From assembly GCA_965223705.1 (NCBI GenBank), contig OZ245015.1, forward strand, positions 1,152,001 to 1,216,000: 64,000 bases of DNA, written 5' to 3'. Shown here one piece after another: positions 41,058 through 50,735 of this stretch (position 1 is its first letter; each line of letters begins with the position of its first letter). The notes under the pieces were generated by a model that was not told the origin of the DNA, searched no databases, and saw only the letters and a program-made list of their open reading frames with translations. The position numbers and the translations under genes are program-made. The DNA comes from Myxococcota bacterium (GTDB lineage Bacteria; Myxococcota_A; UBA9160; UBA6930).

Positions 41058-41140
41058 ATGCAAGCGACGCGAAAGCGGAGCGCGCAGCGAGGCGTAGCCG
41101 AGCGTAGGCATCGCCGCGGCTTCGCCGCGGCGGGACTGCA
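41058..41140 (+). repeat. Interspersed element copy C
   Basis: atgcaagcgacgcgaaagcggagcgcgcagc...cgcggcttcgccgcggcgggactgca. Confidence 0.7.
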
Positions 41141-41195
41141 AGAATTAGGCTCTGGTCAAGCAAGTAAGAGCAGACGGTGGATGCCTTGGCACTAG

Positions 41196-41230
<35 letters not shown>

Positions 41231-41593
41231 TCGGGGAGCTGCTAAGCAAGCTTTGATCCGGAGATTTCCGAATGGGGAAACCCGGCTGGGGTCATGCCCA
41301 GTCATCCTGTACTGAATACATAGGTGCAGGAGGCGAACCAGGGGAACTGAAACATCTAAGTACCCTGAGGAAAAGAAATCAATTGAGACTCCCCTAGTAG
41401 CGGCGAGCGAACGGGGAACAGCCCAAACCGGCGGGAAGTGATTCCTTCCGGGGTTGTGGGACTCCAACGTGGGACTCTGAGGGATAGTGGAACGGTCTGG
41501 AAAGTCCGGCCATAGAGGGTGACAGCCCCGTATGCGAAATCCCAAAGAGCTCTAGGAGTATCCCGAGTACCACGGGGCACGGGAAACCCCGTG

Positions 41594-41624
<31 letters not shown>

Positions 41625-42055
41625 GTACTACCTAGTGACCGATAGTGAACCAGTACCGTGAGGGAAAGGCGAAAAGAACCCCGGTGAGGGGAGTGAAATA
41701 GATCCTGAAACCGTTTGCTTACATCCAGTGGGAGCACTATGGGGCTTGCCCCAAGTGTGACTGCGTACCTTTTGTTTAATGGGTCCGCGAGTTACTCCTC
41801 AGTAGCAAGGTTAAGCCGTTAGGTGTAGCCGTAGCGAAAGCGAGTCTGAATAGGGCGTTTAGTTGCTGGGGGTAGACCCGAAACCGAGTGATCTAGCCAT
41901 GGCCAGGTTGAAGCTCAGGTAAAACTGAGTGGAGGACCGAACCGTAGAAGGTTGAAAACTTCCCGGATGAGCTGTGGCTAGGGGTGAAAGGCCAATCAAA
42001 CTCGGAGATAGCTGGTTCTCCCCGAAATATATTGAGGTATAGCCTCATGTATCAC

Positions 42056-42102
<47 letters not shown>

Positions 42103-42176
42103 GAACCCAATCAAACTCCGAATACCGGCAAGTGCCAGCATGGGAGTCAGACTACGGGCGATAAGGTTCGTGGTCG

Positions 42177-42211
<35 letters not shown>

Positions 42212-42977
42212 CAAATCTACGCTAAGTGGGAAAGGAAGTGGGATTGCTGATACAACCAGGATGTTGGCTTAGAAGCAGCCACCATTTAAAAAGTGCGTAA
42301 TAGCTTACTGGTCTAGTGAACCCGCGCCGAAAATGTAACGGGGCTAAAGCGTAGTACCGAAGCTGCGGAGCCATACTTTGTATGGTTGGTAGGGGAGCGT
42401 TCTAGTAACTGTGAAGCTCGACGGTAACGACGGGTGGAGATGCTGGAAGTGCTTATGCGGACACGAGTAGCGATAAAGCAGGTGAGAAACCTGCTCGCCG
42501 TAAACCTAAGGGTTCCTGAGTAAAGCTAATCTTCTCAGGGTTAGTCGGCCCCTAAGCCGAGGGCGAAAGCCGTAGGTGATGGGAAACGGGTTAATATTCC
42601 CGTACCAGTAGATAAGTGTTTGACCGATGGGGGAACGGAGAAGGGTAGCCTGGCCGGGTGTTGGACATCCCGGTTTAAACCTGTAGGCAGGAGCTGTAGG
42701 AAAATCCGCAGCCCCGCTAATGCCGAGAGGTGATACCGAGGCCTTCGGGCCATAAAGCAGGTGATCCCACGCTTCCTAGAAAAGCCTCTAAGGGAGCTTG
42801 TCTGCTGACCGTACCGTAAACCGACACAGGTAGGTGGGCAGAGCATGCCAAGGCGCTTGAGAGAACCCTGGTTAAGGAACTCGGCAAATTGACACCGTAA
42901 CTTCGGGAGAAGGTGTGCCTCGGTTGGTGAAGGGACTTGCTCCCCGAGCTGGCTGAGGTTGCAGAGAGCAGGGGGTA

Positions 42978-43014
<37 letters not shown>

Positions 43015-43098
43015 AATAGAGGACGTATAGGGTCTGACGCCTGCCCGGTGCCGGAAGGTTAAGGGGACCTGTTAGCTCTTCGGAGCGAAGCGGTGAAC

Positions 43099-43129
<31 letters not shown>

Positions 43130-43884
43130 GAACCGTTGTAGTTACGTAAATAAATTCGGCCATATGCTGGGATACCCAGTCGAAGCGCGGGTACTCGCCA
43201 CTAGGAGCCAAGGCTCCGAAGAAGGTGGCAGTGAAAACCCCACGCGGATGGGCAATCAGCAGGAAAGGCTCGAGCCAATGCTCAAAGTTCGCCAGATAGA
43301 GCCCAAGATAGGGTGGTATCTCGCGGGTTTCACTGACGGCGAAGGAAGCTTCAACGTTTCCTTTCGTGCACGTCACGACTACAAGAACCCGTGGAAGATC
43401 TCACTCTGCTTCAACATCTCTCAAAAGGACCCTGTCATCCTCTCGCTGTTCAAGCGGCATCTCCACTGCGGAACGATGCGGCAGCGGAAGGACGGCATCT
43501 GGTACTTCGAAGTCAACAACTTCGAGGCCATCAAAGAGAATGTCATTCCTTTCTTCAATCGCTTTGGATTTCTTTCAGCGAAGAAGAAACGCGACTTCAG
43601 CAAGTTCAAACAACTCGCGAAGATCGTGGAAGAGGGGCGACACCTCGAAAAAGAAGGGGTTCGAGAGATACTGAAAATTCGAGAGGACATGAACGACGGC
43701 GGCAAGCGGCGGTATTCGGATGAGGACATCCTCAGCCGAATCGAGAATCCCCAGAGACCATACGCCGAACCAGCCAACAACGAAGTTGAAGCGCTGGATG
43801 ATATGGTCCGATCTCCGCGGGAACGCGGAGAGTCAGACGGAAACGATCTGACCACTCACCAACAAGGTGAGTCGTAACAACTCG
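43130..43884 (+). mobile_element. Group I intron at 23S position 1917 (755 nt) with homing endonuclease
   Basis: Exon ends in U, intron ends in G; P1 CGUAACUAU/GUAGUUACG with U.G pair; P10 ACCGUU/AACGGU; P3 UUCGGC/GCCGAA; AAUCAGCAGG; P7 GACCA/UGGUC. Confidence 0.95.
43248..43877 (+). CDS. Single-motif LAGLIDADG homing endonuclease
   Basis: YLAGFTDGEGSF, FNISQKD, IPFF and KKRDF motifs; start is ATG 43248 or 43278. Confidence 0.92.
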   Translation: MGNQQERLEPMLKVRQIEPKIGWYLAGFTDGEGSFNVSFRARHDYKNPWKISLCFNISQKDPVILSLFKRHLHCGTMRQRKDGIWYFEVNNFEAIKENVIPFFNRFGFLSAKKKRDFSKFKQLAKIVEEGRHLEKEGVREILKIREDMNDGGKRRYSDEDILSRIENPQRPYAEPANNEVEALDDMVRSPRERGESDGNDLTTHQQGES

Positions 43885-43898
43885 AACGGTCCTAAGGT

Positions 43899-44174
43899 TG
43901 CATTGCAGCCCTCGCGCGTCGAAAGGCACGCGATGCATCTGGCTGTATGCTGGGAAGTCTGAGTATCTGGTGGTACTCGCTCCGCATGGAGCAGTGATAA
44001 TCCATCCAGTGCAGACAATCAGCAGGGAAGTTCATCGAAACGGCGGTGAACCCCTCAGAGACTGTACGCCGGACATCCCTCGGGATGATGAGACAGTCCG
44101 TTCCTCATGGCGACATGAGGAGGTCGACAGAAATGATCGACCCGCTCCGCTTCGGCGGAGAGGTAACAGTAAAG
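43899..44174 (+). mobile_element. ORF-less group I intron at 23S position 1931 (276 nt)
   Basis: Exon U / terminal G; P3 UCUGGC/GCCGGA; AUGCUGG and AAUCAGCAGG (P4); CUCAGAGACUGU and GAGACAGUCC (P7). Confidence 0.92.
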
Positions 44175-44221
<47 letters not shown>

Positions 44222-44479
44222 CGACTTCCCCACTGTCTCAACCAGGGACTCAGCGAAAATGAATTGCCGGTGAAGATGCCGGCGACCCGCGGCAGGACGG
44301 AAAGACCCCGTGCACCTTTACTACAACTTCGCAGTGATCATCGATTTAGCACGTGTAGGATAGGTGGGAGGCTTTGAAGCCGGGACGCCAGTCTCGGTGG
44401 AGCCAACCTTGAAATACCACCCTTGTTGTGTTGCTGATCTAACCTAGGCCCGTTATCCGGGTCGGGGACATTGCGTGGT

Positions 44480-44526
<47 letters not shown>

Positions 44527-44667
44527 GCGAAGGTTCTCTCACGCTGATTGGAAACCAGCGGAAGAGTGCAAAGGCATAAGAGAGCCTGACTGCGAGACAG
44601 ACATGTCGAGCAGGTGGGAAACCAGGTCTTAGTGATCCGGTGGTTCCGTATGGAAGGGCCATCGCTT

Positions 44668-44700
<33 letters not shown>

Positions 44701-44707
44701 TATCTCT

Positions 44708-44769
<62 letters not shown>

Positions 44770-44779
44770 GTGGAGCAGC

Positions 44780-44813
<34 letters not shown>

Positions 44814-44829
44814 CACGCGAGCTGGGTTT

Positions 44830-44875
<46 letters not shown>

Positions 44876-44888
44876 GATTTGAAGGGAG

Positions 44889-44933
<45 letters not shown>

Positions 44934-44978
44934 CCGGTTGTTCCGCCAGGAGCACCGCCGGGTAGCCATGTTCGGATG

Positions 44979-45011
<33 letters not shown>

Positions 45012-45245
45012 CACCCTAAGATGAGATCTCCCTGGAACTTCGGTTCCCTGAAGGGCCGTCCGAGACGAGGACGTCGATAGGTCGGAGGTGGAAGCGCAGC
45101 AATGTGTGGAGCTGACCGATACTAATCGCCCGTGAGGCTTGACCAAAGCCTTTGCAGTCGGCGCGACCCATGAGATGAACGTGACCCAGAAAGCTATTTG
45201 GTTGATCAAAGACCGGCGGCACGAGCCGCGGTTTTGAACACGGTT

Positions 45246-45363
45246 TTCCCACCGTTCATAGAGCGGGGGCCACACCCGTTCCCATACCGAACACGGAAGT
45301 TAAGCCCCGCTTCGGCGATGGTACTGCCGGGTTTCCCGGTGGGAGAGTAGCGCGACGGTGGGA
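45246..45363 (+). rRNA. rrf: 5S rRNA
   Basis: CACCCGTTCCCATACCGAACACGGAAGTTAAG, GATGGTACTG and GGGAGAGTAG; terminal stem CCCACCG/CGGTGGG. Confidence 0.96.
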
Positions 45364-45371
45364 TTTCTTTG

Positions 45372-45410
45372 ACGGCGTCAGGCCTCACGGCCTGGCGCCG
45401 TTTTGCGTTT
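45372..45410 (+). terminator. Intrinsic terminator of rrn
   Basis: acggcgtcaggcc-tcac-ggcctggcgccgt followed by a T-rich tract. Confidence 0.75.
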
Positions 45411-45442
45411 CCGGATGGGTGTAGACTCGGGGCGGAGGCGCC

Positions 45443-46660
45443 GTGGCAGATCACAACACCCTCGACGTCGCGATCATCGGAGCGGGTTTCGCGGGTCTGG
45501 CCTGCGCCGCACGCCTGCGCGCGTTGGGCATCAAAAACTTCGCAGTGTTCGAGCAAGGTTCGGGCGTCGGAGCGGCCTGGCGCAAACACTACGACCGAAT
45601 ACGACTCCACAGTCCGTTCCACGATCTCCCCGACGACGGAGGGTTGCGTCGACGCTACGGGTTGTTCCTCTCGCGCCGAGAACTCCTCGATTATTTCGAA
45701 GCGTACGCCGAGCATCACGCGTTGGCGCCGCACTTGCGCTTCGGGCAACGCGTCCGTCAGATTGCGAAAGAGCGAGAATCGTGGCGGCTCGAGACAGACG
45801 AAGCGGTGCACGAGGCGCGCTCGTTGGTTGTGGCCACGGCTTACAACCGAAAACCGATCGTTCCCGAACTACCGGGTCGCTCCGAATTCCCCGGCCAGGT
45901 GATTCATTCCGGCGCGTATCGCAATGCGGATCCGTACCGCGGTGCGCGGGCGCTGGTGATCGGGAGCGGCAACTCCGCCGCGGAAATCGCGCTCGATCTC
46001 TGCGAAGGCGGCGCCGCTTCGGCGGCACTGCTCATCCGCGCGCCGCGACATGTGCTGTCGCAGAAAGCGATGGGTCGCATGGCCAAGATCGCGCGCTTGC
46101 TGCGAATCGAACTCACGCCGAAGCACATCGCGCGTTCGCATGCGTACACCCGAACGCACCCCGAGTTTCGCGACAAGCTCCGCGAGAAGGACGCGTTCTT
46201 CGGGAAGTTCGCGATCGATCTTTCCGAGTACGGTCTCGAGCAACCCGAAGACGGTCCGGCCACCGAAATGTATTTCCGGGGCCGCGTGCCTTGGATGGAT
46301 CAAGGTACGGTCGCGGCCGTCCGCGATGGCCGAATCGAGGTCATCGATGCGAAGCGAGAGCCGCTCTCGAAGCTCACGCCGTCGGGCGTCGCCCTCGGTG
46401 GGAGAGTCCTGCCCTGCGATCTCGTCGTGTTGGGGACCGGCTTTGAGCCCGGCCTCGACGACTTGTTCGTCGACGCCGATCGACTGCTCTATTGGAACCC
46501 GGATATGGGACGGCGAATGCCGCACACCGACGGTCGCTCCCGATCGGTGCCCGAACCGACGCTGTTCTTCCCGGGCTTCGACTTGTCCGCGAACGGCGGT
46601 CTCAGCCTCGGTCTCTGGGGCGTCGAAGTCGCCGACGCGATCAGCAACGCCCGGGCCTAG
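45443..46660 (+). CDS. Flavin-containing monooxygenase (class B)
   Basis: GAGFAG, FPGQVIHSGAY (FxGxxxHxxxY), GSGNSA and GTGF motifs. Confidence 0.9.
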   Translation: MADHNTLDVAIIGAGFAGLACAARLRALGIKNFAVFEQGSGVGAAWRKHYDRIRLHSPFHDLPDDGGLRRRYGLFLSRRELLDYFEAYAEHHALAPHLRFGQRVRQIAKERESWRLETDEAVHEARSLVVATAYNRKPIVPELPGRSEFPGQVIHSGAYRNADPYRGARALVIGSGNSAAEIALDLCEGGAASAALLIRAPRHVLSQKAMGRMAKIARLLRIELTPKHIARSHAYTRTHPEFRDKLREKDAFFGKFAIDLSEYGLEQPEDGPATEMYFRGRVPWMDQGTVAAVRDGRIEVIDAKREPLSKLTPSGVALGGRVLPCDLVVLGTGFEPGLDDLFVDADRLLYWNPDMGRRMPHTDGRSRSVPEPTLFFPGFDLSANGGLSLGLWGVEVADAISNARA

Positions 46661-47636
46661 GCCCACTTCGCCGGCGCTGATACGCCGCCACGCCGAGTAG
46701 AGCGAACAAAAACAAAACCGCCGCGCCGGGTTCCGGAATGGCGGCTTCGACGAGCTTTTCTCCGACGATCTGATGGATCGCCGTAGTCGGGTGGACCGGG
46801 TCGAAGAACGCGAAGCCTTCGCACGTCGGCGGGCCTGCCGGGGGAGCCGAGCCGCTGAAAAGGCACGCGTCCGTGACGTTGATGCCACTCGGCAACCCGA
46901 AAGCCGTCGGATCGGCGCCGATGCCGTCTGAAATCGCGAGGACATCGACGAAGATCGCTTGCCCGCCGATCGCCGCCGCGATCTTGGCGTTGATCTCCTC
47001 GCTCGCAGCGCGGCCTTCGGCGCTCGCGGCCCCGCCGAGCGCGAGCGTTTCCGGAATGCCGCCGACGTCACCGACGCCGGCCACAATAATGTGCTGCGCG
47101 CCCGTGGTCTTGAGAGCCGACACGCTTGTCGCGATCGCGACGACTGCGTCGTCAATGACATCCTGCCGCGCGCTTCCGGTGAGCCCGCCTTGCACGATGT
47201 CACGGATGTCGTTCCCACCCGCATTGATCAGGTAAAGCGCTTGGGGATCGGAGACGCCCGAGACGTTCAGGGAGTAGGCGCCGACCTGGGCGACAAGATC
47301 GGGGATCAAGTCGACGTCCGCTCGCGCTCGCGCGCCGCCAAAAGCGTAGTTGTCGCCACCGGACAAGAAGCCTTGAGAATTCGTGCCCTCGACGAACTGG
47401 TTCAAGACGTCGCCCGAATGGATTCCGTTGGTAAAGCGACCCTGGAAGTAACCCGCGCTCGCCGGGGCGACATCCGGCCCCCCGGCCGCGAGCACCGACG
47501 CTTGGGTGTTGCCCTGATCGACGATGCTGTCTCCGAAGATGTACAGGTCGCTAAACGCGGCGGCCCCGAGCGGGGCGAAAACGACGAGGGCTACGAGAAC
47601 AAAGAGGATCCAGCGGCGGCTGTGGTGCCTCATCAT
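46641..47636 (-). CDS. Secreted SGNH/GDSL hydrolase with PEP-CTERM-like tail
   Basis: Signal peptide; FGDSIVD, GRFTNG, NYAFGGA, GGND and FFDPVHPT; C-terminal IPEP-TM-RRR. Confidence 0.88.
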   Translation of the reverse strand: MMRHHSRRWILFVLVALVVFAPLGAAAFSDLYIFGDSIVDQGNTQASVLAAGGPDVAPASAGYFQGRFTNGIHSGDVLNQFVEGTNSQGFLSGGDNYAFGGARARADVDLIPDLVAQVGAYSLNVSGVSDPQALYLINAGGNDIRDIVQGGLTGSARQDVIDDAVVAIATSVSALKTTGAQHIIVAGVGDVGGIPETLALGGAASAEGRAASEEINAKIAAAIGGQAIFVDVLAISDGIGADPTAFGLPSGINVTDACLFSGSAPPAGPPTCEGFAFFDPVHPTTAIHQIVGEKLVEAAIPEPGAAVLFLFALLGVAAYQRRRSGPRPGRC

Positions 47637-47726
47637 CGACCTCTTCGACGCGCACCCCCGAAACGCCTCGATGAGGTGATATTAACACGAGGCAACGGTC
47701 CGAGACTGACTCCGAGTCGGGCGAGG

Positions 47727-48701
47727 CTAGTTGCGAGCTAGGTCTCGACCGGCACCGAACTGCGCTCGGCAGTGGAGACCGCTCGGGATGGCGAGATCGG
47801 GATTCGCCAAGGTGAGCTCTACGTTGAACGTATCGCTCGTCGCATCAATGATCGGGTCGACCACATCGATTGTGGCTCGCAACCGCCGACGCAGGGGGGC
47901 TTCGGCCTCGATCTCGGCGCTCGCTCCCGGTTTGAGCGAGCCGTACAGGTGACTCGGCACGACGACGCGCACCCGCAGTGGGTCGAGGCGCACGATCTTG
48001 ACGATCGGAGCGTCGCCCACGCGCTCCCCTTCGAACTTGAGCTGTTCGACGACGACGCCGTCGATCGGGCTCGTGAGACGTCGCCGGTTCGCGTCCGCGT
48101 AAGCGCGTTGCAACTCGAGTTGGGCAATGCGACGTCGATCGCGCGCGAGTTCGAGTTCCAGCTCCGCGAGCTTCACATCGGTTTCCGCCTGGTCGCGCGC
48201 GTCCACTGAGATCGCACGCCCGGCAAACATCTCGCCGCTGCGCTCGTTCTGTCTCTGCTCGAGTTCGAGCTGCGCTTCGCGCGTACGCACTTCGCCGGTG
48301 GTTTGCGCGCGTGCTTTCGCGACGGCCACTTGCGCCCACTCGACGCTCGATTCGAGCTCGGCGATGACTTCACCGGCTTCGACGGGTTCGCCTCGGGTCA
48401 CGTATAGCGACGAGAGTACGCCTGGAACCGGAGCCCCCAATTCGACGACGCGATCGGGCTCGATCACACAGTCGAGGGCTTCGGCACCGAGCGGTGTATC
48501 GGGAAAGTCCGGGACAAACGGGGCGGGGTTGCGCGAAGAATCCGTTCCAACGGGCGGAAGCGTTGTCGAGACGGCAACGGAGACGTCGGTCGGCACTTCG
48601 CGGGGTTTCGCCTGTTCGACAATCGCCCAGGCCAGGCACAGCGCGAGGGTGGCCCCAACGACAGCGATTCGCTGGCCCATGGTGTCTTCGATCGGTCCCA
48701 A
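47727..48701 (-). CDS. Periplasmic adaptor (HlyD/RND MFP)
   Basis: N-terminal TM, DCVIEP, lipoyl half-motifs, LTSPIDGVV, VVDPIIDATSDTF and IPSGLHC. Confidence 0.88.
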   Translation of the reverse strand: MGPIEDTMGQRIAVVGATLALCLAWAIVEQAKPREVPTDVSVAVSTTLPPVGTDSSRNPAPFVPDFPDTPLGAEALDCVIEPDRVVELGAPVPGVLSSLYVTRGEPVEAGEVIAELESSVEWAQVAVAKARAQTTGEVRTREAQLELEQRQNERSGEMFAGRAISVDARDQAETDVKLAELELELARDRRRIAQLELQRAYADANRRRLTSPIDGVVVEQLKFEGERVGDAPIVKIVRLDPLRVRVVVPSHLYGSLKPGASAEIEAEAPLRRRLRATIDVVDPIIDATSDTFNVELTLANPDLAIPSGLHCRAQFGAGRDLARN

Positions 48702-48713
48702 AGAGGTCCTCGC

Positions 48714-50735
48714 CTACTCCGTACCACCCGCGAACGCGAACCGTTGCCGGCGGCCCTCCTCTTCGCGAAGGACCGCGTTTCGCTCGGCAGCGTGTCTTCT
48801 TTCAACGGCAACTTGGGCGTAAGAATTGAGCAGGGATCCGATCTTTGAGGTGAGTTTCAGCGCCGAGATCCCGCGAGAAGCCGCAATTCGCAGGATTGGC
48901 GGGGCGAAAACCTCCCGGAGCAGTCGGTCGTCCAACGACAGGAGAACCTCGTACCGGCCGGGATCCCCACGACGTCCGGAGCGGCCGGCCAGCTGACGGT
49001 CGATGCGCGCGGAATCCCCGCGACCCGTAGAGAGCACGAACAGTCCGCCGGTCTCGAGAACACCGTCGCCCAAGCGGATGTCGGTGCCGCGCCCAGCCAT
49101 GTTCGTCGCAACCGTCACGGCACCGGGTTGGCCGGCGACTCCGATAATGTCGGCTTCCTCGCGGTGAGTTGATGCGTTGAGGAGGCGGTGCGTCACACCG
49201 GCTTTCGCGAGCCAACGACTGACGGCGAGGGAAGCTTCGACAGTCTGGGTGCCGATGAGCAGCGGTTGCCCGGTCTTCCGCAGCTCCTTTACCCGAGCGA
49301 GAACCGCACGTTCTTGTTCGGCGCTGTTGCGGAACACGCGCTCGCCGAGGTGCACGCGCCGCACTGGACGCGCCGGCGGAACGCGGACGACCGCAAGCTC
49401 GTAGACCCTCGACAGCTCGCGCGCGACTTCGCGTGCCGTGCCTGTCATGCCTCCGAGTTGTCGGTAGCGCCGATAGAACTGTTGAAAACTGATGCGCGCG
49501 AGCGTCTCTTTGCCGGCGGTGGTTTCGCAGGATTCTTTGCACTCGATGAGCTGATGCAGACCGAGCTCCCACGATCGGTCGGGCAGTGCTCGTCCTGTGC
49601 GCGGATCGATGATCGAAACCCGACCCTCGTCGACCAAGTAGTCGATGTCGCGCCGGAAGAGGTGAAGCGCTGCCAGGGCCAAGTCAATGAGCTCACGCAC
49701 CGTTTGCGGGCGAAAATTCCGAAGCGCTGTTGAAGCGAGGTCCCGCGCGACCTCGGGTAGCGCCGCATCGAAAACCAGCGCGCGCTTTCCTTTTTCGTCG
49801 AGCTCGAAGTGCTCTCCTTCCCGCAACGAGCCCGCCAGTGCGAGGGCGGCCTCGTACGCCTCGCGGGTAAACCGATCGGGTCGTTCTTGGGAGAGGATCA
49901 ACGGTGTTCGCGCCTCGTCGATGAGCACGTGATCCGCTTCGTCGATGAGCGCGAAACACAGCCCCCGCAAGAGCGGCGCTTCGGCCGGTCCGCTTTCCCG
50001 CAAAGCCGCCATGGCGCGTTCCGCAGGCGTTCCGGCACCCGGAATCCGTCCGGCGGTCCGATCGCGCAAGTAATCGAACGCGAGCTGTTGGCCGGTCGTA
50101 TAGACGATCGCCTTGGCGTAGGCCGCGCGTCGGGCCCCTTCGTCGAAGTCATCCGCCGTGACGGAAGCCACTTCGAGCCCGAGTGCACCGTAGATCGGGC
50201 TCATCTCCTTCGCGTCGCGCGCAGCGAGGTAGTCGTTCGAGGTAATCACATGCACGGGACAGCCGGCGAGTGCGGCGGCACTGGCGGGCAACGTTGCCGA
50301 TAGGGTCTTGCCCTCGCCAGTTGCCATTTCTGCGATCCCGCCCCGGATCATGATCCAGCCGGCGAGGAGCTGGGTGTCGAGCGGGCGCAAACCCAGCGTG
50401 CGCTCTGCGACTTCTCGCGTGAGGGCGAAGCTGCGAATGAGAAGGGTTTGTTCAAAGCCGCGGCGATGGAGGGCCGCGCGGAGCTCGGTCGCTGCCGCCG
50501 TCAGCTCAGCGTCGCTCGCGTCGCGAAAGGCTTCTCCGGCGGCGCCGATCGCTCGCACGACGTCGTCTAGCGCGCGGCGTTGAAAGCGCCTGGCGCGACG
50601 GCGCGCGGCGAGCATCCGCCCGATGCGGTGATCGAAGCCCCGCTCGATGCGCTCACGGTTCTCCGGGTAGGGATCGCTCCGCGTCGGCCTCGGAGCCTGC
50701 TCCCCGCGCTCTTTCGTCGCCCCGTGGCTAGACAC
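48714..50735 (-). CDS. Truncated SecA paralog (SecA_DEAD type, about 670 aa)
   Basis: EMATGEGKT, NDYLAARD, IDEADHVLIDEARTPL, GMTGT, ATNMAGRGTDI and RIDRQLAGRSGRRGDPG; lacks the SecA C-terminal wing region. Confidence 0.9.
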   Translation of the reverse strand: MSSHGATKERGEQAPRPTRSDPYPENRERIERGFDHRIGRMLAARRRARRFQRRALDDVVRAIGAAGEAFRDASDAELTAAATELRAALHRRGFEQTLLIRSFALTREVAERTLGLRPLDTQLLAGWIMIRGGIAEMATGEGKTLSATLPASAAALAGCPVHVITSNDYLAARDAKEMSPIYGALGLEVASVTADDFDEGARRAAYAKAIVYTTGQQLAFDYLRDRTAGRIPGAGTPAERAMAALRESGPAEAPLLRGLCFALIDEADHVLIDEARTPLILSQERPDRFTREAYEAALALAGSLREGEHFELDEKGKRALVFDAALPEVARDLASTALRNFRPQTVRELIDLALAALHLFRRDIDYLVDEGRVSIIDPRTGRALPDRSWELGLHQLIECKESCETTAGKETLARISFQQFYRRYRQLGGMTGTAREVARELSRVYELAVVRVPPARPVRRVHLGERVFRNSAEQERAVLARVKELRKTGQPLLIGTQTVEASLAVSRWLAKAGVTHRLLNASTHREEADIIGVAGQPGAVTVATNMAGRGTDIRLGDGVLETGGLFVLSTGRGDSARIDRQLAGRSGRRGDPGRYEVLLSLDDRLLREVFAPPILRIAASRGISALKLTSKIGSLLNSYAQVAVERRHAAERNAVLREEEGRRQRFAFAGGTE

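Noticed and set aside
43130..44174. RNase III-excised intervening sequences or archaeal-type BHB introns
   Set aside because: No long terminal inverted repeats; clear group I P1/P3/P4/P7 elements and U/G splice boundaries
48714..50735. Housekeeping secA
   Set aside because: Too short, lacks C-terminal domains and sits in an accessory HlyD/M50 locus
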